Assembly: GCA_016869275.1 (NCBI GenBank)
Contig: VGEO01000007.1
Coordinates: forward strand, 16,347 to 48,346
DNA length: 32,000 nucleotides
Direction: 5' to 3'
Source: Alphaproteobacteria bacterium
Lineage (GTDB): Bacteria > Pseudomonadota > Alphaproteobacteria > SHVV01
Shown here piece after piece: positions 16,866 through 26,658 of the stretch. The notes beneath the pieces are model-generated. The model made no database searches. It was not told the DNA's origin and saw nothing but the letters and a program-made list of their open reading frames with translations. A program made the position numbers and the translations under genes. How positions within the stretch are numbered: the first letter of the stretch is position 1; the number at the start of each line of letters is the position of its first letter.

Positions 16866-18331
16866 GACGCGGTCTGTTTGAGGCGGGCGATGGCGTTGGT
16901 GGTGCTGTAGCCGGCCTTGAGCTCGGCCAATACGACGCGACCGCCATAGGCCTGAACGATATCGCCGCCTACCACTTGGTCGAGCGCATAGTCGGCGCCC
17001 TTGACCAGCACGTCGGGGCGGAGCGCTTCGATCAGCGCGATCGGCGTGTCCTCGCCGAACACGACCACGAGGTCGACGACCGCGTGCGAGCCCAGCATCA
17101 GGCCGCGCTCGCGCTCGCCGTTGATCGGGCGATCGGGACCTTTCAAGCGCTTGACCGAAGCGTCGCTGTTCACGCCGACGATCAAACGATCGCAGGCGGC
17201 GCGGGCCTGCTCTAGGAGCGACACGTGGCCGGGATGGAGCAGATCGAAGCAGCCGTTGGTGAACCCGACCGCGAGACCGGACCGGCGCCAGCCTGCGACC
17301 CGAGTCCGCGCTTCGTCGAGCGTGACGAGCTTGGTTTCGGCCGCCGTCAGGTCGCGGTTGTTGAGCGCATCGACGATCTCGTGCGGGCGCGCGACCGCGG
17401 TGCCGACCTTGCCGACGACGATGCCGGCGGCGTAGTTGGCGAGTGCTGACGCTTCGTCGACCGATGCACCGGCGGCAAGGGCGGCCGCGAGCGTCGCGAC
17501 TACGGTATCGCCGGCACCGCTGACATCGAAGACGGCGCGCGCCTTGACCGGCAGATGCTCGACCCGGTCGCGGGTCACGATCGACATGCCGCGGCTGCCG
17601 CGGGTCGCGAGCACGGTGGGGATGCCGGCGCGGGCGATGACCGCGCGCGCCGCGGCCTCGACCTCGGCGTCGGTGCGAGCCGGCAATCCCGCCGCCAGCG
17701 CGAGTTCGCGATCGTTGGGCGTGACGATGTCGGCACCGCGATAGCGCGCGAAGTCGCGTGCCTTGGGATCGACGATCACGCGCCGCCCGGCTTTTTTCGC
17801 GGCATCGATCAACCGCCCCACCAACCCCTCGGTCAGCACGCCTTTGGCGTAGTCCGAAAGCACCAGTACCTCGCAGGCGGCGAGTGCCGCGGTCGCGGCG
17901 GCGAGAATTTCGTCCGCCGACGCCGCCGCGATCGGCGCGACCGTTTCCTGATCGGCGCGCAGGAGCTGTTGGCTGCCGGCGAAGTAGCGGGTCTTGACGG
18001 TGGCCTGACGCCCGCGCTCGCGCACCAACCGCGCCGTCACGTTCCGCTCGGCGTCGAGCAACGCGGCGATCCGATCCGAGGCGGCATCGGCTCCGACCAC
18101 CGAAAAGAAAGCGACCGCGGCGTCGAGCGCGGCGATGTTGCGCACGACGTTGCCGGCGCCGCCCAGCACCGCGCTCTCGGTCTCGATCTGCACCACCGGG
18201 ATCGGCGCTTCAGGCGAAATCCGTTCGACCGTCCCGTGCACGAAGCGGTCGAGCATGACGTCGCCGACGACCGCCACCCGCGCCGCCCGGATTCGGGCGA
18301 GCCGCGCCTCGAACGCGTCCGGCGCGGTCAT
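16862..18331 (-). CDS. hldE: bifunctional D-beta-D-heptose 7-phosphate kinase / D-beta-D-heptose 1-phosphate adenylyltransferase
   Basis: N-terminal PfkB-type kinase (DVSGAGDTV) and C-terminal cytidylyltransferase ([18 protein letters not shown]). Start set at MTAPDAF (ATG 18331), which forms an ATGA overlap with the gmhA stop. Confidence 0.9.
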   Translation of the reverse strand: MTAPDAFEARLARIRAARVAVVGDVMLDRFVHGTVERISPEAPIPVVQIETESAVLGGAGNVVRNIAALDAAVAFFSVVGADAASDRIAALLDAERNVTARLVRERGRQATVKTRYFAGSQQLLRADQETVAPIAAASADEILAAATAALAACEVLVLSDYAKGVLTEGLVGRLIDAAKKAGRRVIVDPKARDFARYRGADIVTPNDRELALAAGLPARTDAEVEAAARAVIARAGIPTVLATRGSRGMSIVTRDRVEHLPVKARAVFDVSGAGDTVVATLAAALAAGASVDEASALANYAAGIVVGKVGTAVARPHEIVDALNNRDLTAAETKLVTLDEARTRVAGWRRSGLAVGFTNGCFDLLHPGHVSLLEQARAACDRLIVGVNSDASVKRLKGPDRPINGERERGLMLGSHAVVDLVVVFGEDTPIALIEALRPDVLVKGADYALDQVVGGDIVQAYGGRVVLAELKAGYSTTNAIARLKQTAS

Positions 18332-18912
18332 TCGGTCACCAGCCCGAGCTCGAGTTCGAGCGCCCCGCACAGCATCTGGCCGAGCGCGATGTGCATCTCC
18401 TGAATCCTCGCCGTCGTAGCCGATGGCACGATCAGGAGCGGATCGGCGAGCCCTTTGAGCGCGCCGGCATCGCCGCCGCTGAGCGCGGCCGGGATCGCGC
18501 CGATTGCGCGCGCTTGCTCGAGCGCGCGCAGTACGTTCGTGCTCCGGCCCGAGGTCGAGATTGCGATCGCGAGGTCGCCGCGGACGCCGAGCGCCTCGAC
18601 CTGGCGCGCGAATAGTTGATCGAAGCCGAGATCGTTGCCAATCGCGGTCAAGGCCGAGGTGTCGGTGGTAAGCGCGATTGCCGGCAGCGGCGCGCGATTG
18701 CGCTTGTAGCGGACCACGAGTTCGGTCGCGAGGTGCTGGGCATCGGCGGCGCTGCCGCCGTTGCCGAAGAGGAGCAGCTTGTTGCCGCGCCGGATCGCTT
18801 CGACCGCGCAGCGCACCAGGGCGGCAAACGGCGCGCGCAAACCTTCGGCGGTCGCGCGCGCGACCGCCTGGTGCTCGGCAAACTCGCGTTCGAAGTAGCG
18901 ATCGATGTCCAT
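18328..18912 (-). CDS. gmhA: phosphoheptose (sedoheptulose-7-phosphate) isomerase
   Basis: 194 aa SIS-domain protein. [19 protein letters not shown]...AISTSGRS motifs. Confidence 0.9.
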   Translation of the reverse strand: MDIDRYFEREFAEHQAVARATAEGLRAPFAALVRCAVEAIRRGNKLLLFGNGGSAADAQHLATELVVRYKRNRAPLPAIALTTDTSALTAIGNDLGFDQLFARQVEALGVRGDLAIAISTSGRSTNVLRALEQARAIGAIPAALSGGDAGALKGLADPLLIVPSATTARIQEMHIALGQMLCGALELELGLVTE

Positions 18913-18967
18913 TGCAGAACCGCGGCGCTACCCTAAGCGATCGGTCCCGGCATCGCCAGCATTCCGC

Positions 18968-19702
18968 TCAAGTGTGAAGAACGGCGACATCGGCGCCGTC
19001 GAGCACGACGCACGAGAGCTGCCCCGAACGCCAGGCACCGGTGTCGACCCCGATCCGGTTGGAACGAATCTCGACCGCGGGCACGATCGAATGTCCGTGG
19101 ACGACCACGGCGCCGTGATCGGCGGTCGAGTGGAGGAACTCCTCGCGAATCCACATCAAGTCTTCCTCGCTTTGGCGATCGAGTGCGACCCCGGGCCGGA
19201 CGCCGGCGTGCACGAAGAAATAGTTGCCGGCGGCGAAAGTGAGCGCGAGCCGGGCGTAGAAATCGCGGTGGCGCTCAGGGAGGGCGCGATCGAACGTCAA
19301 GCGCCAGTCGGCGGGAACCTCGGCGCCGGCCAGCGTCCAGCCCCACGCCGGTCCGGGCAGGTCGATGCCATAGGCCTCGAGCGTGGCAAGGCCGCCGTTC
19401 ATGAACCAGTGCGCCGCCGCGGCGGTGCCGGCGAGGGCACCGAGCATCAGATCCTCGTGATTGCCCTTGAGGCACACGGTGCGAAAGCCGGGCAGCGGAT
19501 CGCCGCTCAGGAGCTCGACCACCGCGGCCGATCCCGGCCCGCGGTCAACGTAATCGCCGAGATAAACGACGGTCTTATCGCGCGCACCGGCGCCGGCGGC
19601 GTCGCTCTGGATACGCCGGTGCAAGCTTTCAAGGAGGTCGATCCGGCCGTGGATATCGCCGATCGCGTAAAGCCGCTGGCCCGATGGAAGCGCCGCTTTC
19701 AT
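18968..19702 (-). CDS. metallophosphoesterase (PPP-family, PrpA/ApaH-like serine/threonine phosphatase 1 type)
   Basis: Motifs GDIHG, GDYVDRG, GNHE, FVHAG and VHGH appear in canonical order. It sits 55 nt upstream of gmhA on the same strand. Confidence 0.8.
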   Translation of the reverse strand: MKAALPSGQRLYAIGDIHGRIDLLESLHRRIQSDAAGAGARDKTVVYLGDYVDRGPGSAAVVELLSGDPLPGFRTVCLKGNHEDLMLGALAGTAAAAHWFMNGGLATLEAYGIDLPGPAWGWTLAGAEVPADWRLTFDRALPERHRDFYARLALTFAAGNYFFVHAGVRPGVALDRQSEEDLMWIREEFLHSTADHGAVVVHGHSIVPAVEIRSNRIGVDTGAWRSGQLSCVVLDGADVAVLHT

Positions 19703-19760
19703 GCTTGCGACCTTAGCATAGAGGCTCTAAGAGGGCCGCGCATGAGGCGCCGGTAAAGCC

Positions 19761-20510
19761 GTGAATTCTCCCGCCATCGCAGTCGCCGGACTGGTCAAGC
19801 GGTTCGACAAGGTCACCGCGGTCGACGGCATCGATTTCGCCGTCGCCGCCGGGGGATTCACCGCGCTGTTGGGGGCCAACGGCGCCGGCAAAACCACCAC
19901 CATCGCCATGATCCTGGGGCTGATCGTCCCGACTGCGGGCACGATCACGGTGTTGGGCGAGGACATGCTCGAGCACCGCTATCGGGTGCTACCGCGGATT
20001 AATTTTTCCTCGCCCTACGTCGACATGCCCAAACGCCTGACAGTGCGCCAAAACCTCGTCACTTACGCCCACCTCTACGGCGTCGCTAGCGTCGCCGCCA
20101 AGATCGAGGCGGTCGCGCAGGCGCTCGAATTCACCGACTATTTGAAGCGCACGTACGGCACCCTGTCGTCGGGCCAGCGCACCCGCGTCGCGCTCGCCAA
20201 GGCGCTCCTGAACGACCCCGAGATTCTGCTGCTCGACGAACCGACCGCGTCACTCGACCCGGATACCGCCGACTGGGTGCGCGGTTACCTGCTCGATTAT
20301 CAGCGCCGCACCGGTGCCACCATCCTACTCGCCTCGCACAACATGAGCGAGGTCGAGCGCCTGTGCCGCGAGGTCGTGATCCTCAAGGCCGGCAAGATCG
20401 TGGCCCAGGGCGCGCCCGGGGCGTTGATCGACCGCTACGGCCGGGGAACTCTGGAAGAAGTTTTTCTCGATATCGCCCGCGACCGGCGCGCGAGCGTCGC
20501 CGCGCAATGA
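19761..20510 (+). CDS. ABC transporter ATP-binding protein (ABC-2 exporter type)
   Basis: GTG start. Walker A GANGAGKTT, signature LSSGQRTRVALAKAL, Walker B LLLDEPTASLD. Confidence 0.85.
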   Translation: MNSPAIAVAGLVKRFDKVTAVDGIDFAVAAGGFTALLGANGAGKTTTIAMILGLIVPTAGTITVLGEDMLEHRYRVLPRINFSSPYVDMPKRLTVRQNLVTYAHLYGVASVAAKIEAVAQALEFTDYLKRTYGTLSSGQRTRVALAKALLNDPEILLLDEPTASLDPDTADWVRGYLLDYQRRTGATILLASHNMSEVERLCREVVILKAGKIVAQGAPGALIDRYGRGTLEEVFLDIARDRRASVAAQ

Positions 20511-21328
20511 GCGCAATCCGTCCCCGCTCCGCCGGCCACCCGCTGCGCCGCATGTGGGGGCTCTTTCTCCGCCACTACTACGTGAGCGCGGGGTCGTGGA
20601 CGCGGCTGGTCGAGATGATCTACTGGCCGACGGTCCAGGTCGTGATCTGGGGCTTCATCACCGAGTTCCTCTACACCAACTCGAGCTTCGTCGCGCGCGC
20701 GTTCGGCGTGTTGCTGGCCGGCGCGCTCTTGTGGGACATCCTGTTCCGCGGCCAGCTCGGGGTCGCGGTCTCGTTCCTCGAGGAGATCTGGTCGCGCAAC
20801 TTGGCGCAGCTGTTCACGAGCCCGCTCCGGCCGGCCGAGTACATCGCCAGCCTGATGGCGTTGAGCCTGGTGCGGACGTTGCTCGGCCTGGCGCCGGCGG
20901 CGGCGCTGGCGTCCGCGTTTTTCGGCTTCAATGTCGCCGAGCTCGGGCTCTCGCTGATCGTCTTTTTCTTCAACCTGATCGTCATGGGGTGGGCGATCGC
21001 GATGGTGGTGTGTGGGCTCGTCCTGCGCTACGGCCTCGGAGCGGAAAACCTCGCCTGGGCGCTGATGTTCGCGCTGGCGCCGATTTGCGGCATTTACTAT
21101 CCGATCAGCGTGCTGCCGGAGTGGCTGCAGGCGGTGTCGGCGGGCTTGCCGGCGAGCTATGTGTTCGAGGGAATGCGGGCAGTGCTGGTCGACAAAACGG
21201 TGCGCTTCGATCTGATGGTGCAGGCGGCGGCGCTCAATCTCGTTTATCTCGTCCTCGGCATCGGCGCCTTCGTCGCCTTCTTCCGAAACGCCCGCATCCG
21301 CGGCCAGCTCGTCCATGTCGGCGAGTAG
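20507..21328 (+). CDS. ABC-2 type transporter permease
   Basis: Start trimmed to MSAIRPRSAGHPLRRMWGLF (ATGA overlap with the ATPase stop). About 6 hydrophobic segments. Confidence 0.8.
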   Translation: MSAIRPRSAGHPLRRMWGLFLRHYYVSAGSWTRLVEMIYWPTVQVVIWGFITEFLYTNSSFVARAFGVLLAGALLWDILFRGQLGVAVSFLEEIWSRNLAQLFTSPLRPAEYIASLMALSLVRTLLGLAPAAALASAFFGFNVAELGLSLIVFFFNLIVMGWAIAMVVCGLVLRYGLGAENLAWALMFALAPICGIYYPISVLPEWLQAVSAGLPASYVFEGMRAVLVDKTVRFDLMVQAAALNLVYLVLGIGAFVAFFRNARIRGQLVHVGE

Positions 21329-21392
21329 CGGTTCCGGCCGGCAGGCGGCGGCTGCTATGCTCGCGACGATCGGCGGCGGATCGGGAGGCGGC

Positions 21393-22016
21393 ATGTCGCG
21401 GGCGGTGACGCGGTGGTGGTGGGTCCGGCACGCGCCGGTCGTCGACCACGGCGGCAAGATCTACGGCATGAACGACGTGCCGGCCGACACCTCGAACCGG
21501 ATCGCGTTCGAGCGGCTGGCGCAGCGGCTACCCTCGCCTGCCGTGCTCGTCACCAGTCACTTGTCGCGCGCGTTGCAGACCGCGCACGCGATCCGGAGCG
21601 CCGGGCTCGACCTGCCCGATCCGCAGGTCGAGCCGGATCTGGCTGAGCAGAATTTTGGCCACTGGCAGGGCCGCACGTGGGACGACATCGTCGCCAAGGA
21701 AAAAGGCGCCGGCGAGCACAAATTCTGGACCGCGCCCGCGGATCATGCGCCGCCCGGCGGCGAGAGCTTCGTCGCCGTCGTCGCCCGTGTCGAGCGGGTG
21801 ATCGGACGCCTGACCGACCTGCATCGCGGCCGCGACATAGTGGTGGTCGCGCACGGCGGCACCATTCGCGCCGCGCTCGCGAACGCGTTGGGTCTCGACC
21901 CCGACGTCGCGTTAGGCTTCGCGACCGAGAATTTGTCGACCACGCGGATCGATCATGTCGACGGCCCCGGCGCCGGCGGCAATTGGCGGGTCGCGTTCGT
22001 GAACGAGCGGCCGTGA
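21393..22016 (+). CDS. histidine phosphatase family protein (phosphoglycerate-mutase/CobC-like)
   Basis: MSRAVTRWWWVRHAP carries the RH(A/G) catalytic motif, and a later VVVAHGG carries the second His. GGGAGG lies 4 nt upstream of ATG 21393. Earlier in-frame starts (21315, 21357) cannot be excluded. Confidence 0.7.
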   Translation: MSRAVTRWWWVRHAPVVDHGGKIYGMNDVPADTSNRIAFERLAQRLPSPAVLVTSHLSRALQTAHAIRSAGLDLPDPQVEPDLAEQNFGHWQGRTWDDIVAKEKGAGEHKFWTAPADHAPPGGESFVAVVARVERVIGRLTDLHRGRDIVVVAHGGTIRAALANALGLDPDVALGFATENLSTTRIDHVDGPGAGGNWRVAFVNERP

Positions 22017-22684
22017 TGGCCGCGCGCTGGCTCGCCCCGCTCGCGCTGGTGTCGGCGCTGGTCGGCGCGGCCCCGGTGGCGGCGCAGGACGACCCGCATC
22101 AGGCCCTGGTCGATCGCGCCCGGGCGACGGTCGAGCGCTTCGCCAAGGATCCGGCGATGGCGCCGCTCAAGCCGGCGCTCCGCAAAGGGCGCGCGGCGTT
22201 CGTCGTGCCCGAACTCATCAAGGGCGGCGTATTCCTCGGCGCCGCCGGCGGCAGCGGCGTCGTCTCGTTTCGCGGCCGGACCTGGAGCGACCCCGCGTTC
22301 TATCAGCTGGGCGGTCTCAATCTCGGCTTTCAGCTCGGCGGCGAAGTGTCGGAGATGATCCTGGTGCTGATGACCGAGCGGGCGATCGACGTCATCATGG
22401 CGACCGATGCCACGCTCGGCGCCGACCTCAGTTTCGCGATCGGCGCTTCGAACCGCGAACAAGCGGCGCCGCCCGATCCCGATGCCGATGTCTTGGTGTT
22501 CGAACTCGCCAAGGGCGTCTACGCCGGGCACGTCCTCGAAGGCGCCGCGATCCGGCCGCGCCCGGACTGGAACCGCACCTATTACGGACGGCCGGCCAGC
22601 ACCCGCGATATCCTCGTGCGCCGTATCGCCACCACCACCAAAGCCGACGCCCTCAAGGTAGCGCTCACCGCGGCGCTCCGCTAG
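22016..22684 (+). CDS. lipid-binding SYLF (DUF500/Ysc84-like) domain protein, secreted
   Basis: Start at MAARWLAPLALVSALVGAAPVAAQ (signal peptide; TGATG overlap with the upstream stop). GGVFLGAAGGSGVV...WSDPAFYQLGGLNLGFQLGG...LGADLSFAIG pattern typical of SYLF. Confidence 0.75.
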   Translation: MAARWLAPLALVSALVGAAPVAAQDDPHQALVDRARATVERFAKDPAMAPLKPALRKGRAAFVVPELIKGGVFLGAAGGSGVVSFRGRTWSDPAFYQLGGLNLGFQLGGEVSEMILVLMTERAIDVIMATDATLGADLSFAIGASNREQAAPPDPDADVLVFELAKGVYAGHVLEGAAIRPRPDWNRTYYGRPASTRDILVRRIATTTKADALKVALTAALR

Positions 22685-23637
22685 GGCAGCGGGACGTCGT
22701 AAGAACCGGCGAGCGCGACCAGCGCGATGGCGAAGGCGAGCACGAGCGCGCCGAGATAGACGACGGCGCGCAGCGCGTTGACGGACGCGGTGACGCTCGG
22801 GAGTCGAGTGGGCGGGGGCGGGCCGAACGCGGACGCCGTCACCGCTTCGACCCAACCTTGCGAAAAAGCGGGGCCGGCCGGGCCGCGCAGCCACGCGGTT
22901 GCCGCCTTGATGGCCCGGCCGCCGGGCGCGAACAAACAAGCGGCGACGATCAAGAGCCCGGTCGCGACCGCCGGCCCTAACGCCGCCAACTCGTGGAGCC
23001 GAAGCGGGAGAAAAGCGAACGCCTTGCGCGGCGAATCGAGGATCGCCCAAGCCGCCGCCACCGCCGCGAGCGCGCGATAGACCGCGAGCCCCGGCAGCCC
23101 GAGCACGGCAAACCAAATGACCGGCGCGATCGCCCCGACGCACACTCGCCAACCGAGCCGACACGTCAGCGCCGCCGTGAGCTCGAGCCGGTCCATGCGA
23201 CGGGCCGCGGGCCCGAGCGTCCCTTGGGCGGTCGCGCGCGCGGCGAGCAAGTCGCCGGCGCGCAGTGCGCGGGCGACCCGCGCGGCCTCATCGAGGGGGC
23301 CGCCGCCGTCGAGCAGCGCGACCATCAAGGCGAACGCCGCCACCCAACCGTAGGAAAACGTCGCCGCCAGCCAGTCGGCGCCGAGCGCGGCGGCCGCGAA
23401 TACAGCGCCCACGATCGCGGTTGCCGCCAAGCCGCGGACGATCCGGGTCGGCGCGCTCCGCCGCGGACGATTGAGCCTGGGCTCGATCCAAGTCATCGCC
23501 CGCGTTGCGCCGCGGACTGGCGAGAGCCACCACGGCCCGCGGCCGAGCCGGGCCGTCAGCGCTTCGACCGTCAGGGCGAGCGCGAGGAGAAGGAGCGGCG
23601 CCGGCGCGCTGCCGGCGAGGCTCGGATCGATCGCCAC
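22681..23637 (-). CDS. divergent CobD/CbiB-like integral membrane protein
   Basis: 318 aa polytopic protein, GTG start. The segment order resembles CobD/CbiB (xPV...LNRPRRS, ALRAGDL..AR, APVIWFAVLGLPGLAVYRA, GWVEAVTASAFG), but several canonical motifs recalled from CbiB are altered. Confidence 0.5.
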   Translation of the reverse strand: MAIDPSLAGSAPAPLLLLALALTVEALTARLGRGPWWLSPVRGATRAMTWIEPRLNRPRRSAPTRIVRGLAATAIVGAVFAAAALGADWLAATFSYGWVAAFALMVALLDGGGPLDEAARVARALRAGDLLAARATAQGTLGPAARRMDRLELTAALTCRLGWRVCVGAIAPVIWFAVLGLPGLAVYRALAAVAAAWAILDSPRKAFAFLPLRLHELAALGPAVATGLLIVAACLFAPGGRAIKAATAWLRGPAGPAFSQGWVEAVTASAFGPPPPTRLPSVTASVNALRAVVYLGALVLAFAIALVALAGSYDVPLP

Positions 23638-23725
23638 GATGCCGCTAACCCCGGTTGCCGGCCCCAGTGTGCCCGACCGGGCTTGGACCGACCATCGCCA
23701 ATCGTGCTAAGCGAGCGGCGATCCC

Positions 23726-23986
23726 ATGCTCCCTCGACCGCGCGTCCTATCGCTCGTGTTGGCGGCAGCGGCGGCAACCGTCGCCGCGGTCGCGCTCGCC
23801 CCCGGCGGCGACCCTTCGGCCTATCTCGACCGCGGCCTCGAAGCGGCCTTGGTGATCGGCACGATCGGCGCCGCGGTCCATGCCCTCGGCTGGAACTCGG
23901 GCAACCGGGTCATTGCATTCGTCGCCGACCCGCGGTTCGCGTGGCCGGCGACGCTCGTCGGTGCCGCTTATGTGGCGCTGCGCTAG
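23726..23986 (+). CDS. hypothetical small membrane protein (86 aa)
   Basis: Two hydrophobic segments. Strong G/C bias at codon third positions in this frame. No overlap with a better-supported gene. No family recognised. Confidence 0.45.
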   Translation: MLPRPRVLSLVLAAAAATVAAVALAPGGDPSAYLDRGLEAALVIGTIGAAVHALGWNSGNRVIAFVADPRFAWPATLVGAAYVALR

Positions 23987-24053
23987 TATCCTTCGCAGCG
24001 ATCGGGAGGGTGCGGACGCCGCGATTCCGGTTATAGTGCGGCCCCTCGAAGCC

Positions 24054-24494
24054 ATGACCGACCGCGAGCCATTCTGGAAGCGCAAGACTTTGCACGCGAT
24101 GAGCCCCGCCGAGTGGGAATCGCTCTGCGACGGCTGTGCGCGGTGTTGCCTGCTCAAGGCCGAAGACGAGGACAGCGGCGAAATCGTCTACACCGAGGTC
24201 GCTTGCAAGCTGCTCGATCTCGATACCTGCCGCTGCACCGACTACAAGCGCCGCGCCCGCCACGTCCACGATTGCGTCAAGCTCACGCCCGAAAAAGTAA
24301 CGAGCTTGGGCTGGCTACCGAGCACCTGCGCCTACCGGCTGCTCGCCGAGGGCCGCGAGCTCTATTGGTGGCACCCGCTGATCTCCGGCAGCCGCTCGAC
24401 CGTTCATGCGGCCGGCATCTCGGTTCGCGGCCGCGTATTGCCCGAGAACGATGTCGGCGACCCGCTCTCGCATATCGCCGACTGGCCGCGCTGA
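24054..24494 (+). CDS. ycgN: YcgN-family cysteine-cluster protein (UPF0260)
   Basis: Start trimmed to [35 protein letters not shown]...[14 protein letters not shown]...YWWHPL, the characteristic Cys pattern of the YcgN family. Confidence 0.8.
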   Translation: MTDREPFWKRKTLHAMSPAEWESLCDGCARCCLLKAEDEDSGEIVYTEVACKLLDLDTCRCTDYKRRARHVHDCVKLTPEKVTSLGWLPSTCAYRLLAEGRELYWWHPLISGSRSTVHAAGISVRGRVLPENDVGDPLSHIADWPR

Positions 24495-24516
24495 GCCCCA
24501 ACCCTCGAGGACCCCG

Positions 24517-25443
24517 ATGAATCCTCAACCGCTTACCGACGACGTGCTGCGCGTGATCCCCGCGGTGTTGACGCCACAGACTCTGGATTTGGCACCGGAC
24601 CTCGACCTCTTTGTCCGCCATTGCCGCTGGCTGCTCGCGACCGGCGCCGACGGCTTGGGCGTCCTCGGCACCACCGGCGAAGCCAATTCGTTCTCGGTCA
24701 AGGAACGCGTCCAGCTCCTCGCAGCGCTCGCCAACGGCGGCATCGCCGGAAACCACGTCATTGCCGGCACCGGCTGCTGCGCCATTCCCGAGACGGTCGA
24801 GCTCAGCAAAGCGGCGCTCGCGATCGGCGCGGCCGGGGTCCTGTGGCTGCCGCCGTTCTACTACAAGAACCCGAAGGACGAAGGCATCTACCGCGCCTTC
24901 GCCGAATCGATCGAGCGGATCGGCGATGCGCGGCTGCGTGTCTACCTCTATCACTTCCCGCAGCAGTCGGCGGTACCGCTCTCGGTCGACTTGGTCGGGC
25001 GGTTGATCGCCGATTTCCCGGGCGTCGTGGTCGGGCTCAAGGATTCGGGCGGCGACTTCGCCTATACCGAAAACCTGGTGCGCCGCTTTCCCGGGTTTCG
25101 CGTCTATCCGGGCAGCGAGTCGTTCCTGCTCGACGGTTTGAAGATCGGCGCGAGCGGGACGATATCGGCTTCGTGCAACGTGACCGCGCCGTTGGCCGCC
25201 GACGTCGTCGCGCGCTGGCGGGCCGGACGCGACGCCGGCGCGGTCCAGGATCGTCTGAGCAAGATCCGCGCCGCGATCCAGGGCTACCCGTTGACGCCGG
25301 CGCTCAAAGCGATCATGGCGCGCCATACCCAAGACCGCCGCTGGCTCGCCGTCAGACCGCCGTTCGTCGCCTTGAGCGAGAAGGAAACGGCGGAACTTTC
25401 AGCCAAGCTCGACGCCGCGCAGTTCGATCTCGCCGCGGCCTGA
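24517..25443 (+). CDS. dihydrodipicolinate synthase / N-acetylneuraminate lyase family protein (class I aldolase)
   Basis: Start trimmed to MNPQPLTDD. GTTGE motif, PPFYYK tyrosine, and GLKDSGGD with the Schiff-base lysine. Confidence 0.8.
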   Translation: MNPQPLTDDVLRVIPAVLTPQTLDLAPDLDLFVRHCRWLLATGADGLGVLGTTGEANSFSVKERVQLLAALANGGIAGNHVIAGTGCCAIPETVELSKAALAIGAAGVLWLPPFYYKNPKDEGIYRAFAESIERIGDARLRVYLYHFPQQSAVPLSVDLVGRLIADFPGVVVGLKDSGGDFAYTENLVRRFPGFRVYPGSESFLLDGLKIGASGTISASCNVTAPLAADVVARWRAGRDAGAVQDRLSKIRAAIQGYPLTPALKAIMARHTQDRRWLAVRPPFVALSEKETAELSAKLDAAQFDLAAA

Positions 25444-25464
25444 GCGCGGCGCGCCGGCCGACCC

Positions 25465-26658
25465 ATGATCCGCCCCAACAGCGCGACGCTGGTCATGGTG
25501 CTGTCGCCGCTGGTGGCGTTCGGGCCGATCTCGACCGATCTCTATCTGCCTTCACTGCCGGCGATCGCGGCCGCGTTCGATCGCCCGATCGGCGATGCCC
25601 AGCTCACGCTCGCCGCTTTCCTCGTCGGCATCGCCCTCGCCCAGCTGTTCGGCGGTGCGCTCGGCGATCGTTTCGGCCGGCGCCCGGTGATGTTGGGCGG
25701 GCTCCTGCTCTACACGGCGGCGAGCGTCGGCTGCGCCCTTGCCGGCTCGATCGAAGAGCTGATCGTCTACCGCTTCGTCCAGGCGTTCGGCGCGTGCGGA
25801 CCGCAGGTCCTGAGCCGGGCCGTGGTCCGCGACCTCCACGAGCGGGCCGACGCCACGCGGATGCTCGGCTATGTCGGCGCCATCATGGGGGTGGCGCCCG
25901 TGCTGTCGCCCTTCCTCGGCGGCTATTTCGTGGTTTGGTTCGGGTGGACGGCGAATTTCTGGTTCATGGGCGTCTATAGCGCGCTCGCCTTCGTCCTGGT
26001 GTACGTCATGATCCAGGAGACCGCCCCGACCTTGGCGCGCGATGCACTCGACCTTCGCCTGATCCTGGCCGCCTTCGCGCGCGTTCTCCGCCACCCCGAT
26101 AGCCGCACCTTCGGCATCCCGTTCTGCTTCGTCTACAGCGGCATGTTCGCGTTTTTCACCGGCTCGTCGTGGGTGATCATCAAAGTGCTCGGCATTTCGA
26201 CCGAAGCGTTCGCCTTTTATTTCGGCGCCGTAATCGTCGGTTTCCCGACCGGTGCGTTCGTGGCTGGACGCTTGAGCGCGCGCTTCGCGGTCGAGATGAT
26301 TTTCAGCGTCGGCGTCGCGCTCGCGGCCGGGTCCGGTCTCGTCTTTCTGGTCTTGATGGCGGCGGGCTTCGTCAACGCCGGAACGGTCGTCGTCCCGATG
26401 TTGGCCTACGCGATCGCGGTCGGACTGGTGAACCCGTCCGGAATCGCATCGATGCTGGCGCCGTTTCCCGATATCGCCGGTAAAACCTCGGCCCTGCTCG
26501 GCGCGGCGCAAATGGCGACCTCGGCCGCGACCAGCGTCTTCGTCGGCGCGCTCCACGACGGCACCTCATTGCCGACCGCGGCCTGCGTCGCCGGCGCTGG
26601 CGTCGGCGCCCTCGTCATTCACGTCCTCGCGCGGAGAACCCGTCGGGTTCCGGCTTAG
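25465..26658 (+). CDS. MFS transporter, Bcr/CflA drug-resistance subfamily
   Basis: 397 aa, about 12 TM segments. N-terminal STDLYLPSLPAIA and GALGDRFGRRPV MFS motif A, typical of Bcr/CflA. Confidence 0.85.
   Translation: MIRPNSATLVMVLSPLVAFGPISTDLYLPSLPAIAAAFDRPIGDAQLTLAAFLVGIALAQLFGGALGDRFGRRPVMLGGLLLYTAASVGCALAGSIEELIVYRFVQAFGACGPQVLSRAVVRDLHERADATRMLGYVGAIMGVAPVLSPFLGGYFVVWFGWTANFWFMGVYSALAFVLVYVMIQETAPTLARDALDLRLILAAFARVLRHPDSRTFGIPFCFVYSGMFAFFTGSSWVIIKVLGISTEAFAFYFGAVIVGFPTGAFVAGRLSARFAVEMIFSVGVALAAGSGLVFLVLMAAGFVNAGTVVVPMLAYAIAVGLVNPSGIASMLAPFPDIAGKTSALLGAAQMATSAATSVFVGALHDGTSLPTAACVAGAGVGALVIHVLARRTRRVPA

Noticed and set aside
26615-26658. 44-nt convergent overlap between the 3' ends of the MFS pump gene and the PBP gene.
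   Set aside because: The PBP tail is a Pro-rich low-complexity extension. Overlaps like this are common in compact high-GC genomes and need no special explanation.
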